Shown piece by piece: positions 1 to 10,193 of a stretch of 64,000 nucleotides of DNA. Source of the DNA: a virus; IMG/VR virus record IMGVR_UViG_3300033149_004458, positions 16,113-80,112 of that record, one strand, 5' to 3'. The notes below the pieces were generated by a model, which was given only the letters and a program-made list of their open reading frames with translations, searched no databases and had not been told where the DNA came from. The translations under genes were made by a program, and so were the position numbers. How positions within the stretch are numbered: the stretch's first letter is position 1; each line of letters opens with the position of its first letter.

Positions 1-451
1 ATACTACATCATATCTTGAGTGTCTCATTGGACTTGTGATTGTTGGCGAATCTCCACCCTCAAAATCCAAGTATTGTACACCATTGTAGTGCCAAATTCC
101 ACTAGCCACATGCACCCTCATTGCTCTTGGTGTTGTAACTGTTACTTCAAACCACGTTGCAGGTTTATGATGCCAACGGATATGGTTCAAGTTGTCTACA
201 AGTGAAGAGTGACCACTCATTAAGAAGTGCCCACTTGTCAACATAGTGGCCGCTTCTGTTGTATCATAACAGACTAAAGATTGCGGGAGCTGTCCTTGTG
301 GTGTTCTCCAGGGGCCACCAGTTCCACCATATGGTCCTTCGTCTCCGCCAAGGATTAGACCGCCACCCTGGACTATTCCGAGCATGGCGTCGTCTATTTC
401 CCCCTCAACGAAATCAATTAGGGTGTCATTCCAACTATTTTTACGTCCCAT
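1..451 (-). CDS. Tail/baseplate-associated protein, partial (runs off the window start)
   Basis: Manual translation from ATG at 451 gives an uninterrupted frame MGRKNSWNDTLIDFVEGEIDDAMLGIVQGGGLILGGDEGPYGGTGG...SRYDVV to base 1. It overlaps the stop of the upstream tail gene and is not in the ORF track because it has no stop. Confidence 0.7.
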   Translation of the reverse strand, partial: MGRKNSWNDTLIDFVEGEIDDAMLGIVQGGGLILGGDEGPYGGTGGPWRTPQGQLPQSLVCYDTTEAATMLTSGHFLMSGHSSLVDNLNHIRWHHKPATWFEVTVTTPRAMRVHVASGIWHYNGVQYLDFEGGDSPTITSPMRHSRYDVV

Positions 452-3368
452 CTTCTATATCATACTCCCCAACAACCACACTAGTGATTCTATAAGAATG
501 AGTTAGTCCGGCACTTAACTCATCCCAAAGTTGCCCGGTAAGATTGCTTCTCTGTAGGACATTAGTTCCGCCACTCATCGCTCCCGCGAAAACACCGCCA
601 GAAAAATCTTCGGCCCCGCAGTTTACATCGAATGGCAAATTAGCCCGTTTCTCCCAAGATTCTGCGTCCTGATTATACCCCCATGCCTCGCCATCAAGTA
701 AAGCAACATCATCTCCGAAGAATCCTTGTATGAAAGAGCGAACAGTAGATGATTGGGGGAGTCCAGAGCTTATTATCTCCCACGAGTCTCCAAAATAATT
801 AGAATACGCAACTTTGGCTAAATTTGACCAGTTGCCAAATGTCCAAACTCCTTGCGGGTTAAACCTGTCTATCGCAACGCCGGCCCAGCCGCCAGGGATA
901 CCGTTTTTTGCCTGTGTGGTTATTGCAGACAATGTATCAGAAGTAATTACTAGCCTGGGCATGTCTCTATCTTTTAACGTAGCATATATTTCCTTGCCGC
1001 TAGGAGTTATTGCCATCGTGTGCGTTTGCCCAGTGTCATAAAGCTCAAGGTATCCTCCTGTTGGGCATACTTTAAATATAAGTCCATAAGGTAGACAATG
1101 GACATATAAATGGTTATCATGGTAAGCAATTCGAGTTACTGTCATTTCAGAGACAACGTTAGAGATATCACAGATTTCAACATATTGTGTTGCTGTTCTC
1201 TTGTATACCTTTGACCCAGCGCCAACATACAGAACCCCATCTGCTGAGACTCCGCACCTGATTGTGTCTGGGCAGATAATAGAGTCATTAACCCAAGAGC
1301 CGCCAACACGTTTTAATAGTGTTGTAGATGCATGTGCTAAATATAGTGTATTATTATGGGTTATGAATCCACCAGCTCTATCAACGGCTGCATTTGTCTC
1401 TTCTATCCAGTTAGCATAGGTTTCTCCCCAGATTGCTCCAGGGACATCGGTAAAGTTTACAAACCTCAAAACTCTGTTTGGACCAGCTTGCATAAACAGA
1501 TTTCCACCAAAAGAATGTAGGTGATAAGCTTGTGTGTAGCCCAAATTGGTATCTCCAGTCCAGTTAGAACATATGTGGTAACCATTCTCTACAAATGTAC
1601 CATTTTGAGTGTATTGTGTTATGCTGTATGTTATGGGGCTTCCAGAAAAAGAGCTTGACAGTATCCAAATATATCCATTATGCGAACAGATGTCACCATT
1701 GGGATCGCGCTGTCCACTCCCCCCAGGGAGCAGGTGCCTAAAATATGATTCGTCGGCCTCTATCCATGTTGAACCGGTCCAAATCTGTGGTCTTTTATTA
1801 GCTGATGGCGTGCACCAAACACCAATATCACCAGTACATACACAGTACCCTAAGGTTGCACTTAGGTTTGGATTACTTGGTTGGTCCACCCAAACCCCAA
1901 GTTGTCTTTCTTTTGCTCTGCTAGTGTATAAATTCCCTAAAAATGTAGCAAATCTATTACCTTTGGATGACACCCCCCAAACACCTGTTTCCCAGGCATA
2001 TTCTGGTGTAATTTGTTTATATGTCCATGTGCTTCCCTTGTTGTCTGTTTTAGCGATCCATGGGACATCTTCTGATGTATAAGGGTCTACTGTTTTACAA
2101 AGTACATATAGGATGTTTTTGTTTGTTGGGTCTGGAGCCAGGGCATATGGTGTTGGTGGACCATGTCCTGGAGTTGGTTCTGGCATTGTTTTCCCAACCC
2201 AAAGGTCCCCAGAATTCTCGGTTAGGTATAGCCCTCCAGCAGTGGCAACCCAGAGCATGTCTTGGTCTGCCGCCATTTTCATATCATATACTGTTTTTGC
2301 GTTCCCAGAGAGGCCATTATTTATTTCAGACCATTGAACAGAGTAGCCATCCCATGGCGACCGCCAAACACCGCCCCCAAGTGTACTACAGAACAAATAC
2401 GGCAAATAGGTTGGTTCTGTATCCCAACCCCAAAAGTGCCTGCATTTTTCGTCCAAAGTCAATTCCATGGTATATCCATCTGCATCATAAGTTGCGGTCA
2501 AACTAGTTAAAACACAATTTGTTTTATGGTATCCTGTGTGACGGTCATGGAAGTCTATGATTTGACCAATCCAATAATTGGGGTTTGCTACGACTTCTAC
2601 TACCTTTACATCTAATGGATTAGCAAATTCTGCTAACATCTTATCAGCTAAAGCATAGGCTGTCGCAGGAAGATGTATTTGCCCTGTTCCTACTGCTGCC
2701 GTTCTAACCTCCCCTGGCAACAAATATGGATTATCACCACCATATCTTACCGCAGAAAATCCATTTCCAAAGACAACTATTCTATTTCTAATATAACTGT
2801 CATTTATGCTTCTGCTGTACTCGATGTATTCGTCTATGCTGTAGTCAGCGGGGGTATTTCTACTTATTTGCACTACCCAAACTTTGCCATCGCTATCTGC
2901 GTAGATTTGGTATGGCGTCATCTTAAGAATACCAAAAATTGCCTCCAGGCATGATGTGTGGTCCCAACCATATCCTGGGAATATGCTTGCTCCTTCACGG
3001 ACATTATAGCCCCAATTGGTAATTCCAGCCATTCTTAAAAATCTACCAATCCAAGCAATTGCCTGCTCGCCGTTTGAAATATGTGGTCCTATAAACCAAT
3101 AGTCACGAGCAAGGATCAATGGGTCATAACAAGTTATTTCTTTTTTTACTGGTAGTCTGCCTTTTGCAAATGTATAAGTGTAACCAGTGAACACTTTAGT
3201 TCCATTCTCGTAGAATTCCATTTGCTCATATGGTTGAATGTCCCGTGGAAGATTCGGCGACAAGGTAATACTCATTCTACCAATTGGGTTGCATATAGAG
3301 AGTTCTCTGAGACTATCTACTACATAATTTGTGAAATCCTGACCGTCGATTATAAGCTGTACTGCCAT
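441..3368 (-). CDS. Tail hub/Tal-like protein with C-terminal beta-propeller (BNR/Asp-box-like) receptor-binding region
   Basis: 975 aa. The N-terminal ~310 aa resemble the adjacent 328-aa hub protein. The C-terminus has Asp-box-like repeats (TENSGDLW, TDNKGSTW, SNYFGDSW, SNLTGQLW). Located downstream of the tape measure gene. Confidence 0.7.
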   Translation of the reverse strand: MAVQLIIDGQDFTNYVVDSLRELSICNPIGRMSITLSPNLPRDIQPYEQMEFYENGTKVFTGYTYTFAKGRLPVKKEITCYDPLILARDYWFIGPHISNGEQAIAWIGRFLRMAGITNWGYNVREGASIFPGYGWDHTSCLEAIFGILKMTPYQIYADSDGKVWVVQISRNTPADYSIDEYIEYSRSINDSYIRNRIVVFGNGFSAVRYGGDNPYLLPGEVRTAAVGTGQIHLPATAYALADKMLAEFANPLDVKVVEVVANPNYWIGQIIDFHDRHTGYHKTNCVLTSLTATYDADGYTMELTLDEKCRHFWGWDTEPTYLPYLFCSTLGGGVWRSPWDGYSVQWSEINNGLSGNAKTVYDMKMAADQDMLWVATAGGLYLTENSGDLWVGKTMPEPTPGHGPPTPYALAPDPTNKNILYVLCKTVDPYTSEDVPWIAKTDNKGSTWTYKQITPEYAWETGVWGVSSKGNRFATFLGNLYTSRAKERQLGVWVDQPSNPNLSATLGYCVCTGDIGVWCTPSANKRPQIWTGSTWIEADESYFRHLLPGGSGQRDPNGDICSHNGYIWILSSSFSGSPITYSITQYTQNGTFVENGYHICSNWTGDTNLGYTQAYHLHSFGGNLFMQAGPNRVLRFVNFTDVPGAIWGETYANWIEETNAAVDRAGGFITHNNTLYLAHASTTLLKRVGGSWVNDSIICPDTIRCGVSADGVLYVGAGSKVYKRTATQYVEICDISNVVSEMTVTRIAYHDNHLYVHCLPYGLIFKVCPTGGYLELYDTGQTHTMAITPSGKEIYATLKDRDMPRLVITSDTLSAITTQAKNGIPGGWAGVAIDRFNPQGVWTFGNWSNLAKVAYSNYFGDSWEIISSGLPQSSTVRSFIQGFFGDDVALLDGEAWGYNQDAESWEKRANLPFDVNCGAEDFSGGVFAGAMSGGTNVLQRSNLTGQLWDELSAGLTHSYRITSVVVGEYDIEDGT

Positions 3369-3369
3369 C

Positions 3370-4356
3370 TTACCTACTCAAAGACATTGAAATTTTATAG
3401 CCATTGTCATCTAAGCGGTGGGTAACATCGTATACAAACCATTTGTCGTTGGACATCCCAATAAATGGCTCTGTGATACCAACGATATCACGACAGCGAA
3501 CTCTTGGGTCTCCTTCAGCCTCTACTCGCAACGTTTCCGTTAACTTATTATACAGATTTAGGTTGTATGAGGCAGAAGCATCTGCCATCTTTTGTGTCTC
3601 AATAAGCTCGCTGGACACAATTGCTGTTTTATAAAAGTTTGGTGGTAAATAAGGACTACTTGTTTTTACTTCAGCATGAATTTTATCCTTGCCAAAAACA
3701 ACAACTCTGTTTCTTAGTTCTTCTGTACTATATTCATAGTCAACCAGTATTATGTTGCCCCCTGTTCCAACATTAAATGAGTGCTCAATCGGGTCGCCGG
3801 CTTCGGGGTAAGGAAATACTCGATCAAAGTAGACCGTTCCTCCCTCTGCCCAACAGTTATAAGCCAAAATATGACAAATTGTCCTCACGGCATCCCACAC
3901 CGACATGAGGTTGAACTCTGCATCATTGTTGACACCAAAAGTAAAACCAACATGTGCGCCGTTATAATTGGTTATTCCTGCCTCATGTAAAAGGTCTCTA
4001 ACTAGATTCTCTGCTTGAATGTTTTTTCTGCTCCACGGGTTGTCTAGGTCCTCACTTACCAGCCAGTATTCCAAGGCAAGCTTCAATATGTCTCTTCCTG
4101 TTACGATGTAGGTCCCTGGCAATCTGGTATATGTTATATCGTCTACATACCCAATAAATATAACTTCATGGTTATCTGGGTAGCCAATATCAATATTGAT
4201 TACTTGGTTTAAGTTAATCCCACTCACATCTGAGAGTTCTATTGAGCATCTTGCGGCAACCTGCTTATAGCTTTCTGAAACATCAACAGAGATGAGGCTA
4301 TCATTTCGTGGGACGCCACCAATTGTAATATTTCTATACAATTGCCTTGCAGTCAT
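3370..4356 (-). CDS. Baseplate hub / tail-associated (gpD/Tal-like) protein
   Basis: 328 aa; IFIGYVDDI, GRDILK and RNRVVVFG segments typical of hub proteins; synteny after the tape measure and distal tail genes. Confidence 0.65.
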   Translation of the reverse strand: MTARQLYRNITIGGVPRNDSLISVDVSESYKQVAARCSIELSDVSGINLNQVINIDIGYPDNHEVIFIGYVDDITYTRLPGTYIVTGRDILKLALEYWLVSEDLDNPWSRKNIQAENLVRDLLHEAGITNYNGAHVGFTFGVNNDAEFNLMSVWDAVRTICHILAYNCWAEGGTVYFDRVFPYPEAGDPIEHSFNVGTGGNIILVDYEYSTEELRNRVVVFGKDKIHAEVKTSSPYLPPNFYKTAIVSSELIETQKMADASASYNLNLYNKLTETLRVEAEGDPRVRCRDIVGITEPFIGMSNDKWFVYDVTHRLDDNGYKISMSLSR

Positions 4357-4715
4357 TATGGCCCATCCTTAATACATTCTATTGTCACTCTATAAACAGG
4401 GTTGGGGTGGTTAATTGCCTGCAACCTATCTGCGCTGATACTTTTGATTGTAACATTGCCAGCACTGCCGTGGTCTGTACATAATTCTACACCAGAGCAG
4501 ACATCAGCTAGTGGTAAAATATTGTTTTCGTAACCACTGACGACCACAAATGTAAGATTCCTGGTGTAGCTAGGTCTTCCCGCACAATGGATAATCGTCT
4601 CATTAGAATCTAATACATTGATTTCCCCACGACGCGGCTGCACTTTCCAACCAGAATCTTTTTCTACATATATTCTAACACCACCAAGATACCATTTTCC
4701 AGATTTACATGTCAT
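4356..4715 (-). CDS. Putative distal tail protein
   Basis: 119 aa, beta-rich, directly after the tape measure gene; call is by synteny only. Confidence 0.45.
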   Translation of the reverse strand: MTCKSGKWYLGGVRIYVEKDSGWKVQPRRGEINVLDSNETIIHCAGRPSYTRNLTFVVVSGYENNILPLADVCSGVELCTDHGSAGNVTIKSISADRLQAINHPNPVYRVTIECIKDGP

Positions 4716-4717
4716 AA

Positions 4718-7700
4718 TTACCTAGGCCCTCCAGCGGGTGTAGAAGTTCTTGCCCGCAATAATGTGCTTAGGGCTTTCTCCAGGATTCTATTAACATAGC
4801 TTGCAATTATAGTCCCGTCCAACATAATTGTATTAGTAATATTAAAGGTGCCCTCAATTGGAGGGATCTCCACCTCTACTGTTTGAGCTTGCGGTTGAGC
4901 ATAAAAATTAGGAAAGGTCGTCATTAGGACCGAACCAACTTGAGTAACTATATCTAAATAGTTTTTATTTGGAAAAGTTGTTTGTAGAACTGCGCCAGGT
5001 GTGCGTATGTCATCTACAATTCTTACGGGAACAGCTTCGCCGTGCGGCCCAACAGAAACATATGGAGTATGTTGGGCGAAAGCGGTTGCACCGATATACC
5101 CTTCCGAAATTGCCATCATAATATCCTGTGCTGTTGCAAACCACTCACCAGCTTTCATGGCCTGCATATATTGATCGGCCCACTCAGTGGGAGTTGTTGG
5201 ACCCGTCCAAGCCTCTGTTTTACTAATTGGAGCCAATTCCTCTAGCTTTTCAAACCACTGTCTTAATTCTAAGATAAACTCCTCTTCTGTTTGGTCTTTG
5301 TCCCAAACCGGGATGCCCAACTCAAGCATCTGTTGCATCTGTTGTGTCATTCTACTGGTACTATCTGCCGTAACTTGAGTTGGCGGTAATAGCTCTGGCA
5401 ATCCAGGCACACCGCCCTGTTGTTTCTGGTAAAAAAGTGAGGTTAGTGGCACCCAAAAGGTAGCACCAGCAGGAATATTCCACTGACCTTCAAGTTGTTT
5501 TTCTTCTATTTCTTTAATATCTTGAAGAGCGAACAACATTGCTTGATTTGTAGAGTAAATTTGTTGCCAGACGTTGTTCGGGCCAAGAATAAGATTAAAT
5601 GTTTTGCCCTCTGCCTTTAGATACTGCTGTGCGGTCATTCCTTGCAATCTTGCAAGGTATTCAACCCAATACCTACTTCTTGCAGCAATTTCTCCCATCT
5701 TGCTTGGGTCAACATCACGCAAACGCATGATTTCCATGCCCTCTTCACGAGATTGTTTGAGCTCATCAAATTTAGCTTTTTGGGCACTTACAAATTGCTG
5801 CATTAGCCCATCAACGTATTGAAAACTATCATCGTTGTACATTACCCAACGATCCAAATCATCAAATGCCGAATCTGGAATACCCAATTCTTGAGCGAAT
5901 TGTTCTTGCATGGTCCGAGCGGCGTTTAGGATTTGCTGCATTTCTTCGGCAGTATATTCTGAGAAATCGGTAAACCCCGGTATATCAAATATTTCTCTTA
6001 AATTTGCTGCGCTAATAGCGCCAAGTGTTCTACCAAATTCTTCAATTCCAGCATTAAGTTCTTCTATACCAACCGTCCCATCAAGAGCGGCCTGTTTTAG
6101 CCTCATAAGGTCAGTTGCCATTTGTGAGATAAACTCTATATCTGCTCTATCCCACTCTGCCATTTCATCCACTAAATCTTGCAACTGCGGAACTATACTC
6201 CCCAGTGTTTCTCCATGTTTCTCCCAAACAGCTGTGGCCGCAAAAGTTATTTCTGTCAAAGAATCTTGCACAGCGGCTATTTGCTCGTAACCAGCAGCCA
6301 GCTCATTAAGAGTTTCTATATCTCCAGCCTCAAAACCAACTAAGAATTCTTTACGCTTTCTTTGTAGAACTTTCTCTAGACCGGGGTAGATACCTTTTTG
6401 TCTAGAAAGTATCTCTGCCATCGCGGGCGTGGTGCCAGGGCCATATTCTTCTTCAACTTGTCTTTGCTTATCTAACTCAACAAGTTGTTCCAAAAGCTCT
6501 TCCACACGTTCCATTGCTCTTGGTGTAGGCCTGCCTTTCCACGCCTCTTCGCCACGAGCCACTCTTTCAGCTAATCTGGTAATTAACTCTTCATCAGTTA
6601 GCTCTCTGGCTTCTGGACGCCAGAGTCTTTCCATTGTCATGGCAAGCTGCCCAGGGAAACCCTTGCCCACAGCCCAAAATTGTAGCTCAGATAGAATTTG
6701 TTCTCTTGTTAATGCTTCTGCTTCAGGGGCCGGTGCCAACCCCAATGCCTGAGCTATAAATGGAGCTGATTCCTCGATTGCTTGTGCCGCTGCTTGTCCA
6801 ATAAAGGCCCCAGCCATAGCTCCAACTGGCCCGCCAAGGGTAGCCCCAATTGCTGTACCAATACCAGCACCAGCGCCCTGTATCCAACTTCCAGAGGCCA
6901 ATCCAGTAGCAAGACCAGCAATACCACCATAAGCAAGCCCAGGGCCGAATGTTTTTAACCCATAACCTGCCATGCTTGTAAGGGGTTGCCCTAATGCCGC
7001 ACCGCGTTCTTCCAAACGGCCACCCGCAAACAACATTCTCTCTGGTAAACCAATTCTGGCACCAATACCCATAGAAGTTAGGGCCGCCAGAATAGCTGTT
7101 GTTCCGGTTCCAGCAAAGGAGGTAAATTTGTTAAACAGCCCTATTAATCCAGTCAATGCATCAGTTAGCTTAGTAAGTAGTGATAAAATACCACCCTCTT
7201 CACCAAGTACATATGACATTTTTGTAAATGCATTGTTTAGCTCTGTCGTAGCCTGTTTTAGGGTTCTGCTTTTTATAGCCAGGGCGTCCTCAAGGTTGCC
7301 CTGAGCGTTCATGCTCACATTTACAACTTCTTGAATTCTGTGTCTCTGGCGCAAAAAGCTTACATAGTCTGCCTGTCTCCTCGCTCCCTGGGCACCAAGA
7401 GCAGCGGCGATTTCTGCCATATCGCGCTCGCCAAGAACATTTCTGTCTAATAGAGCGCCAATGTCATCAAGAATGTCTGCCATGCTTCGGTAGTTATCAT
7501 TTATGTCTTTAACAATAATACCATGCTGTTCCAGAGTTTTTTGTGTTGAGGGGGTTTGAATAGCAGCAAACATAGCACGAACAGCATTTGCTCCCTCAGT
7601 AGCAGACTTATTTGTAACCTCAGCCATCACTGCAATGTAAGCGTTAAGTTGGTCCTGGCTAACCCCAGCCATTTCTGCCGCAGCCGCTGTAATAGAATAG

Positions 7701-9079
7701 GCTTTGCCGAGGTCAACCATTGTAACTTTGGCCTCTTTAGATACAGCAAGCCATTTCTCCATAAGCTGTTCGCCCTCTGTGATAGAGTATCCCATTTGCT
7801 TTAATGAGCTTACAAGAATATCAGTGGCTTGGTTCATATCTATACCAGTTAGCCTGGCATAAGCCATGGCGTCCCCAAGTAATACGAACGCATCTGCTGC
7901 ACGCTCTGCCTCTACAGACCCCCCGGTTGCTCGCATGGCTCCAATTACAGCTTCCATAGAATCGGTTACGCTAACACCGAAATCAGAAGCCATCTTTGCC
8001 ACCTCAGTGAAATAACCAGAGATGGAAGACATACCCTCGCCTGTAACGATTGCAAGGTCTGTAACACTTTCTTGTAGTACAGATATATTAGCAAATACAT
8101 CTTGCATACGTCTGTATGCGCCAAAAACCACCTCTACAGCAATACCCCACTCGGTTACTTTGCCAATATTGCGTAGAATCATCTGTTCAAAACTCTTGAA
8201 CCGAGTTGTCGTGTCACCTAATTCCCGACCAAACCTATCAAAGGTGAAAGTTGCAGTTCTTACAACTCTGTTGCCATCTACCATTCTGAACGTGAACTGC
8301 TTGACTCCAGTAGCGGCAGATTCACTTGCGGCATGCAAATCTTGCATGCTTAACCCCATACCGCGCAGTCTGTTTCTAAATTCATCGAGCCGCTTTTGTG
8401 TGCCAAGAAGTTTCTCTAAGGTTGCTGCGGGGGTTGATTCTGGTAAAATTTCTCCGGTTGTCGGGGACACACGTTTTGTGGCCTCTGTCACAGCCTTAAT
8501 TCCAGGAGCTAACTCATTTACAAGTCTTGCCTGGACTGTGAGTGCTTCGTTTGTTAGGTCTAGACTTATTTTGGTCTTGTCTAATGTAAAACCAAGACTC
8601 TCATATTCATTTTTAATGTCCTGAACAGCAGAAGCAAGCGCCAAAGGCAAGGTTTTTACTTTGGGACCACCCATAAAAGCCTGAAGCTCTTCTAATGTTC
8701 CAGAGATCGGCATTGGTGGCGCTTGTATCTGCCCACCAGCCGGAATCTGTAACCCAAGTCCGCCCAGTCTATAGCGACGTTGTGCCTGTGACAATTGGCC
8801 TATTTGCTGAGCAGCGTTGGCGGCTCGATACGCAATCTGTTGGAACACACCGCCCATCTGGTCCAAATCACTGATATATTGGCGAAGCTGGGTTATTTGT
8901 TCTCTAGAGATGCCAACAGAGAACGTTGAAACCTGCCCAGTGGGTCTACTTTGTGTGACAATCAGATTTTCTACAGCCCTGGCAAGGTCTTGGAGCTGCT
9001 GTTTGCCTGTCCTTGAAGCGCCAGACAATTCGCGTATCCAATGTACCAGGTCTCTAATTTGTTGAACAGATGTTGGCAT
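4718..9079 (-). CDS. Tail tape measure protein
   Basis: 1453 aa, Ala/Gly/Leu-rich and helical. Has a TP901-like core (AAAEMAGVSQDQLNAYIAVMAE...GANAVRAMFA) and Gly-rich hydrophobic segments. Follows the tail chaperones. Confidence 0.9.
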   Translation of the reverse strand: MPTSVQQIRDLVHWIRELSGASRTGKQQLQDLARAVENLIVTQSRPTGQVSTFSVGISREQITQLRQYISDLDQMGGVFQQIAYRAANAAQQIGQLSQAQRRYRLGGLGLQIPAGGQIQAPPMPISGTLEELQAFMGGPKVKTLPLALASAVQDIKNEYESLGFTLDKTKISLDLTNEALTVQARLVNELAPGIKAVTEATKRVSPTTGEILPESTPAATLEKLLGTQKRLDEFRNRLRGMGLSMQDLHAASESAATGVKQFTFRMVDGNRVVRTATFTFDRFGRELGDTTTRFKSFEQMILRNIGKVTEWGIAVEVVFGAYRRMQDVFANISVLQESVTDLAIVTGEGMSSISGYFTEVAKMASDFGVSVTDSMEAVIGAMRATGGSVEAERAADAFVLLGDAMAYARLTGIDMNQATDILVSSLKQMGYSITEGEQLMEKWLAVSKEAKVTMVDLGKAYSITAAAAEMAGVSQDQLNAYIAVMAEVTNKSATEGANAVRAMFAAIQTPSTQKTLEQHGIIVKDINDNYRSMADILDDIGALLDRNVLGERDMAEIAAALGAQGARRQADYVSFLRQRHRIQEVVNVSMNAQGNLEDALAIKSRTLKQATTELNNAFTKMSYVLGEEGGILSLLTKLTDALTGLIGLFNKFTSFAGTGTTAILAALTSMGIGARIGLPERMLFAGGRLEERGAALGQPLTSMAGYGLKTFGPGLAYGGIAGLATGLASGSWIQGAGAGIGTAIGATLGGPVGAMAGAFIGQAAAQAIEESAPFIAQALGLAPAPEAEALTREQILSELQFWAVGKGFPGQLAMTMERLWRPEARELTDEELITRLAERVARGEEAWKGRPTPRAMERVEELLEQLVELDKQRQVEEEYGPGTTPAMAEILSRQKGIYPGLEKVLQRKRKEFLVGFEAGDIETLNELAAGYEQIAAVQDSLTEITFAATAVWEKHGETLGSIVPQLQDLVDEMAEWDRADIEFISQMATDLMRLKQAALDGTVGIEELNAGIEEFGRTLGAISAANLREIFDIPGFTDFSEYTAEEMQQILNAARTMQEQFAQELGIPDSAFDDLDRWVMYNDDSFQYVDGLMQQFVSAQKAKFDELKQSREEGMEIMRLRDVDPSKMGEIAARSRYWVEYLARLQGMTAQQYLKAEGKTFNLILGPNNVWQQIYSTNQAMLFALQDIKEIEEKQLEGQWNIPAGATFWVPLTSLFYQKQQGGVPGLPELLPPTQVTADSTSRMTQQMQQMLELGIPVWDKDQTEEEFILELRQWFEKLEELAPISKTEAWTGPTTPTEWADQYMQAMKAGEWFATAQDIMMAISEGYIGATAFAQHTPYVSVGPHGEAVPVRIVDDIRTPGAVLQTTFPNKNYLDIVTQVGSVLMTTFPNFYAQPQAQTVEVEIPPIEGTFNITNTIMLDGTIIASYVNRILEKALSTLLRARTSTPAGGPR

Positions 9080-9082
9080 ATT

Positions 9083-9364
9083 TTATCCTTCTATGTCTGA
9101 GATAACAAGTTCCACAGAATTAGGTTTGCTGAAATCAAATACATCATCAAACCAAGTTTCAAGTCTCTCTGGATCATCCCAGATTTCTTCTGGTGGTCGT
9201 TTGTCTTTGGGCAATTCCATATATGAATCTATTTGCATTTGCCTTTTTATACAGAAATTAACTGTGTGTGGATAGCTGCTTGGGTCGGTTAGTGACGGAT
9301 GCAATGGCAAACTCAAACTCTTAGCAACGAGCCAAATAGTCCTGAGCTCGTTGCTTTTAGCTAG
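9083..9364 (-). CDS. Tail assembly chaperone, frameshift extension (gpT-equivalent)
   Basis: The -1 frame is open from the slippery site (LAKSNELRTIWLVAKSLSLPLHP...) into the 77-aa ORF and ends just before the tape measure start. Confidence 0.75.
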   Translation of the reverse strand, partial: LAKSNELRTIWLVAKSLSLPLHPSLTDPSSYPHTVNFCIKRQMQIDSYMELPKDKRPPEEIWDDPERLETWFDDVFDFSKPNSVELVISDIEG

Positions 9365-9370
9365 TTTTTT
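9323..9370 (-). other. Programmed -1 ribosomal frameshift signal
   Basis: Slippery heptamer A AAA AAC (9370-9364) immediately before the TAG, an 8-nt spacer, then a perfect 10-bp stem AGCAACGAGC/GCTCGTTGCT with a 13-nt loop. Confidence 0.85.
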
Positions 9371-10080
9371 AGTTCCTTACCTCCAATTTCTAGAGCCAGA
9401 TATGAATCTATTAATTGACCTTTCAGTTGTGTTGCACTATTAGCAAAAGCCGCGAAACTAGGAAAAGCTCTTTGGGTCATTGTTTTATTTTTATATGTAC
9501 CAAGGTAAGTGCACCATTCATTGAAAGTCCTGACCATCTCTGTTTGACATAATGAATTAATAAGCGCGCCAGTAAAAATATCTATCAATTCTTGTCTTGA
9601 TTTACTAGACAATTCTTCTTTTTTCTGCTCGATAAGTTCTTTAGTTCTTTCAACAATAGCTTTTTCTACCTTGTCATCATATTTCTCAAGAGCTACCTCG
9701 TAATTTTCTTGTTCCTCTAAGTCGGCGTCGCTGCCTGGCTGAACTGGCTTACGGGGTTTCTTGTAAGTCTTTTCTGCTTCATTTCTAATAGAAAATGCTT
9801 CTGCTAAGATAATACCATTGATTATGGTCTCGTTGTCCATTTCATTGAAATCGGGAAATAAAGCATTATGCTCAGGTGTATCAGGGTCTCTGAGTTTCTG
9901 ACGTAGCAGTCTACTAGCACTTAATGCTTGCTTTCTCGCTTCACTTATTTCAAAGTCCCCAACGACCCTCTGATAAACTACAACTGGTTTGCCGTTGATC
10001 TCAACGGAATTACCACTTCTATCCTTGATTGTTAGTTCTTTGTGCCATTTGAACAGTGAATCTAATAAATTTTTACTCAT
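9361..10080 (-). CDS. Tail assembly chaperone (gpG-equivalent)
   Basis: 239 aa, acidic and helical, between the tail tube and tape measure genes; ends at a slippery sequence. Confidence 0.75.
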   Translation of the reverse strand: MSKNLLDSLFKWHKELTIKDRSGNSVEINGKPVVVYQRVVGDFEISEARKQALSASRLLRQKLRDPDTPEHNALFPDFNEMDNETIINGIILAEAFSIRNEAEKTYKKPRKPVQPGSDADLEEQENYEVALEKYDDKVEKAIVERTKELIEQKKEELSSKSRQELIDIFTGALINSLCQTEMVRTFNEWCTYLGTYKNKTMTQRAFPSFAAFANSATQLKGQLIDSYLALEIGGKELKN

Positions 10081-10105
10081 ATTCCTACCTCTCCTATAAA
10101 GAAAT

Positions 10106-10141
10106 GAGGCTATACCACCTTAATACAAGATGTATAGCCTC
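10106..10141 (-). terminator. Stem-loop (putative terminator) after the major tail protein gene
   Basis: GAGGCTATAC...GTATAGCCTC 10-bp inverted repeat followed by ATTTCTTT on the minus strand. Confidence 0.55.
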
Positions 10142-10193
10142 CTTTTCTAAGTCCTTTATGGCGTTAATTAAATTGTGAACAGGCGGTTGTTGC

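Noticed and set aside
1-3368. Diversity-generating retroelement targeting tail genes
   Set aside because: No reverse transcriptase or template/variable repeat pair was seen in this window.
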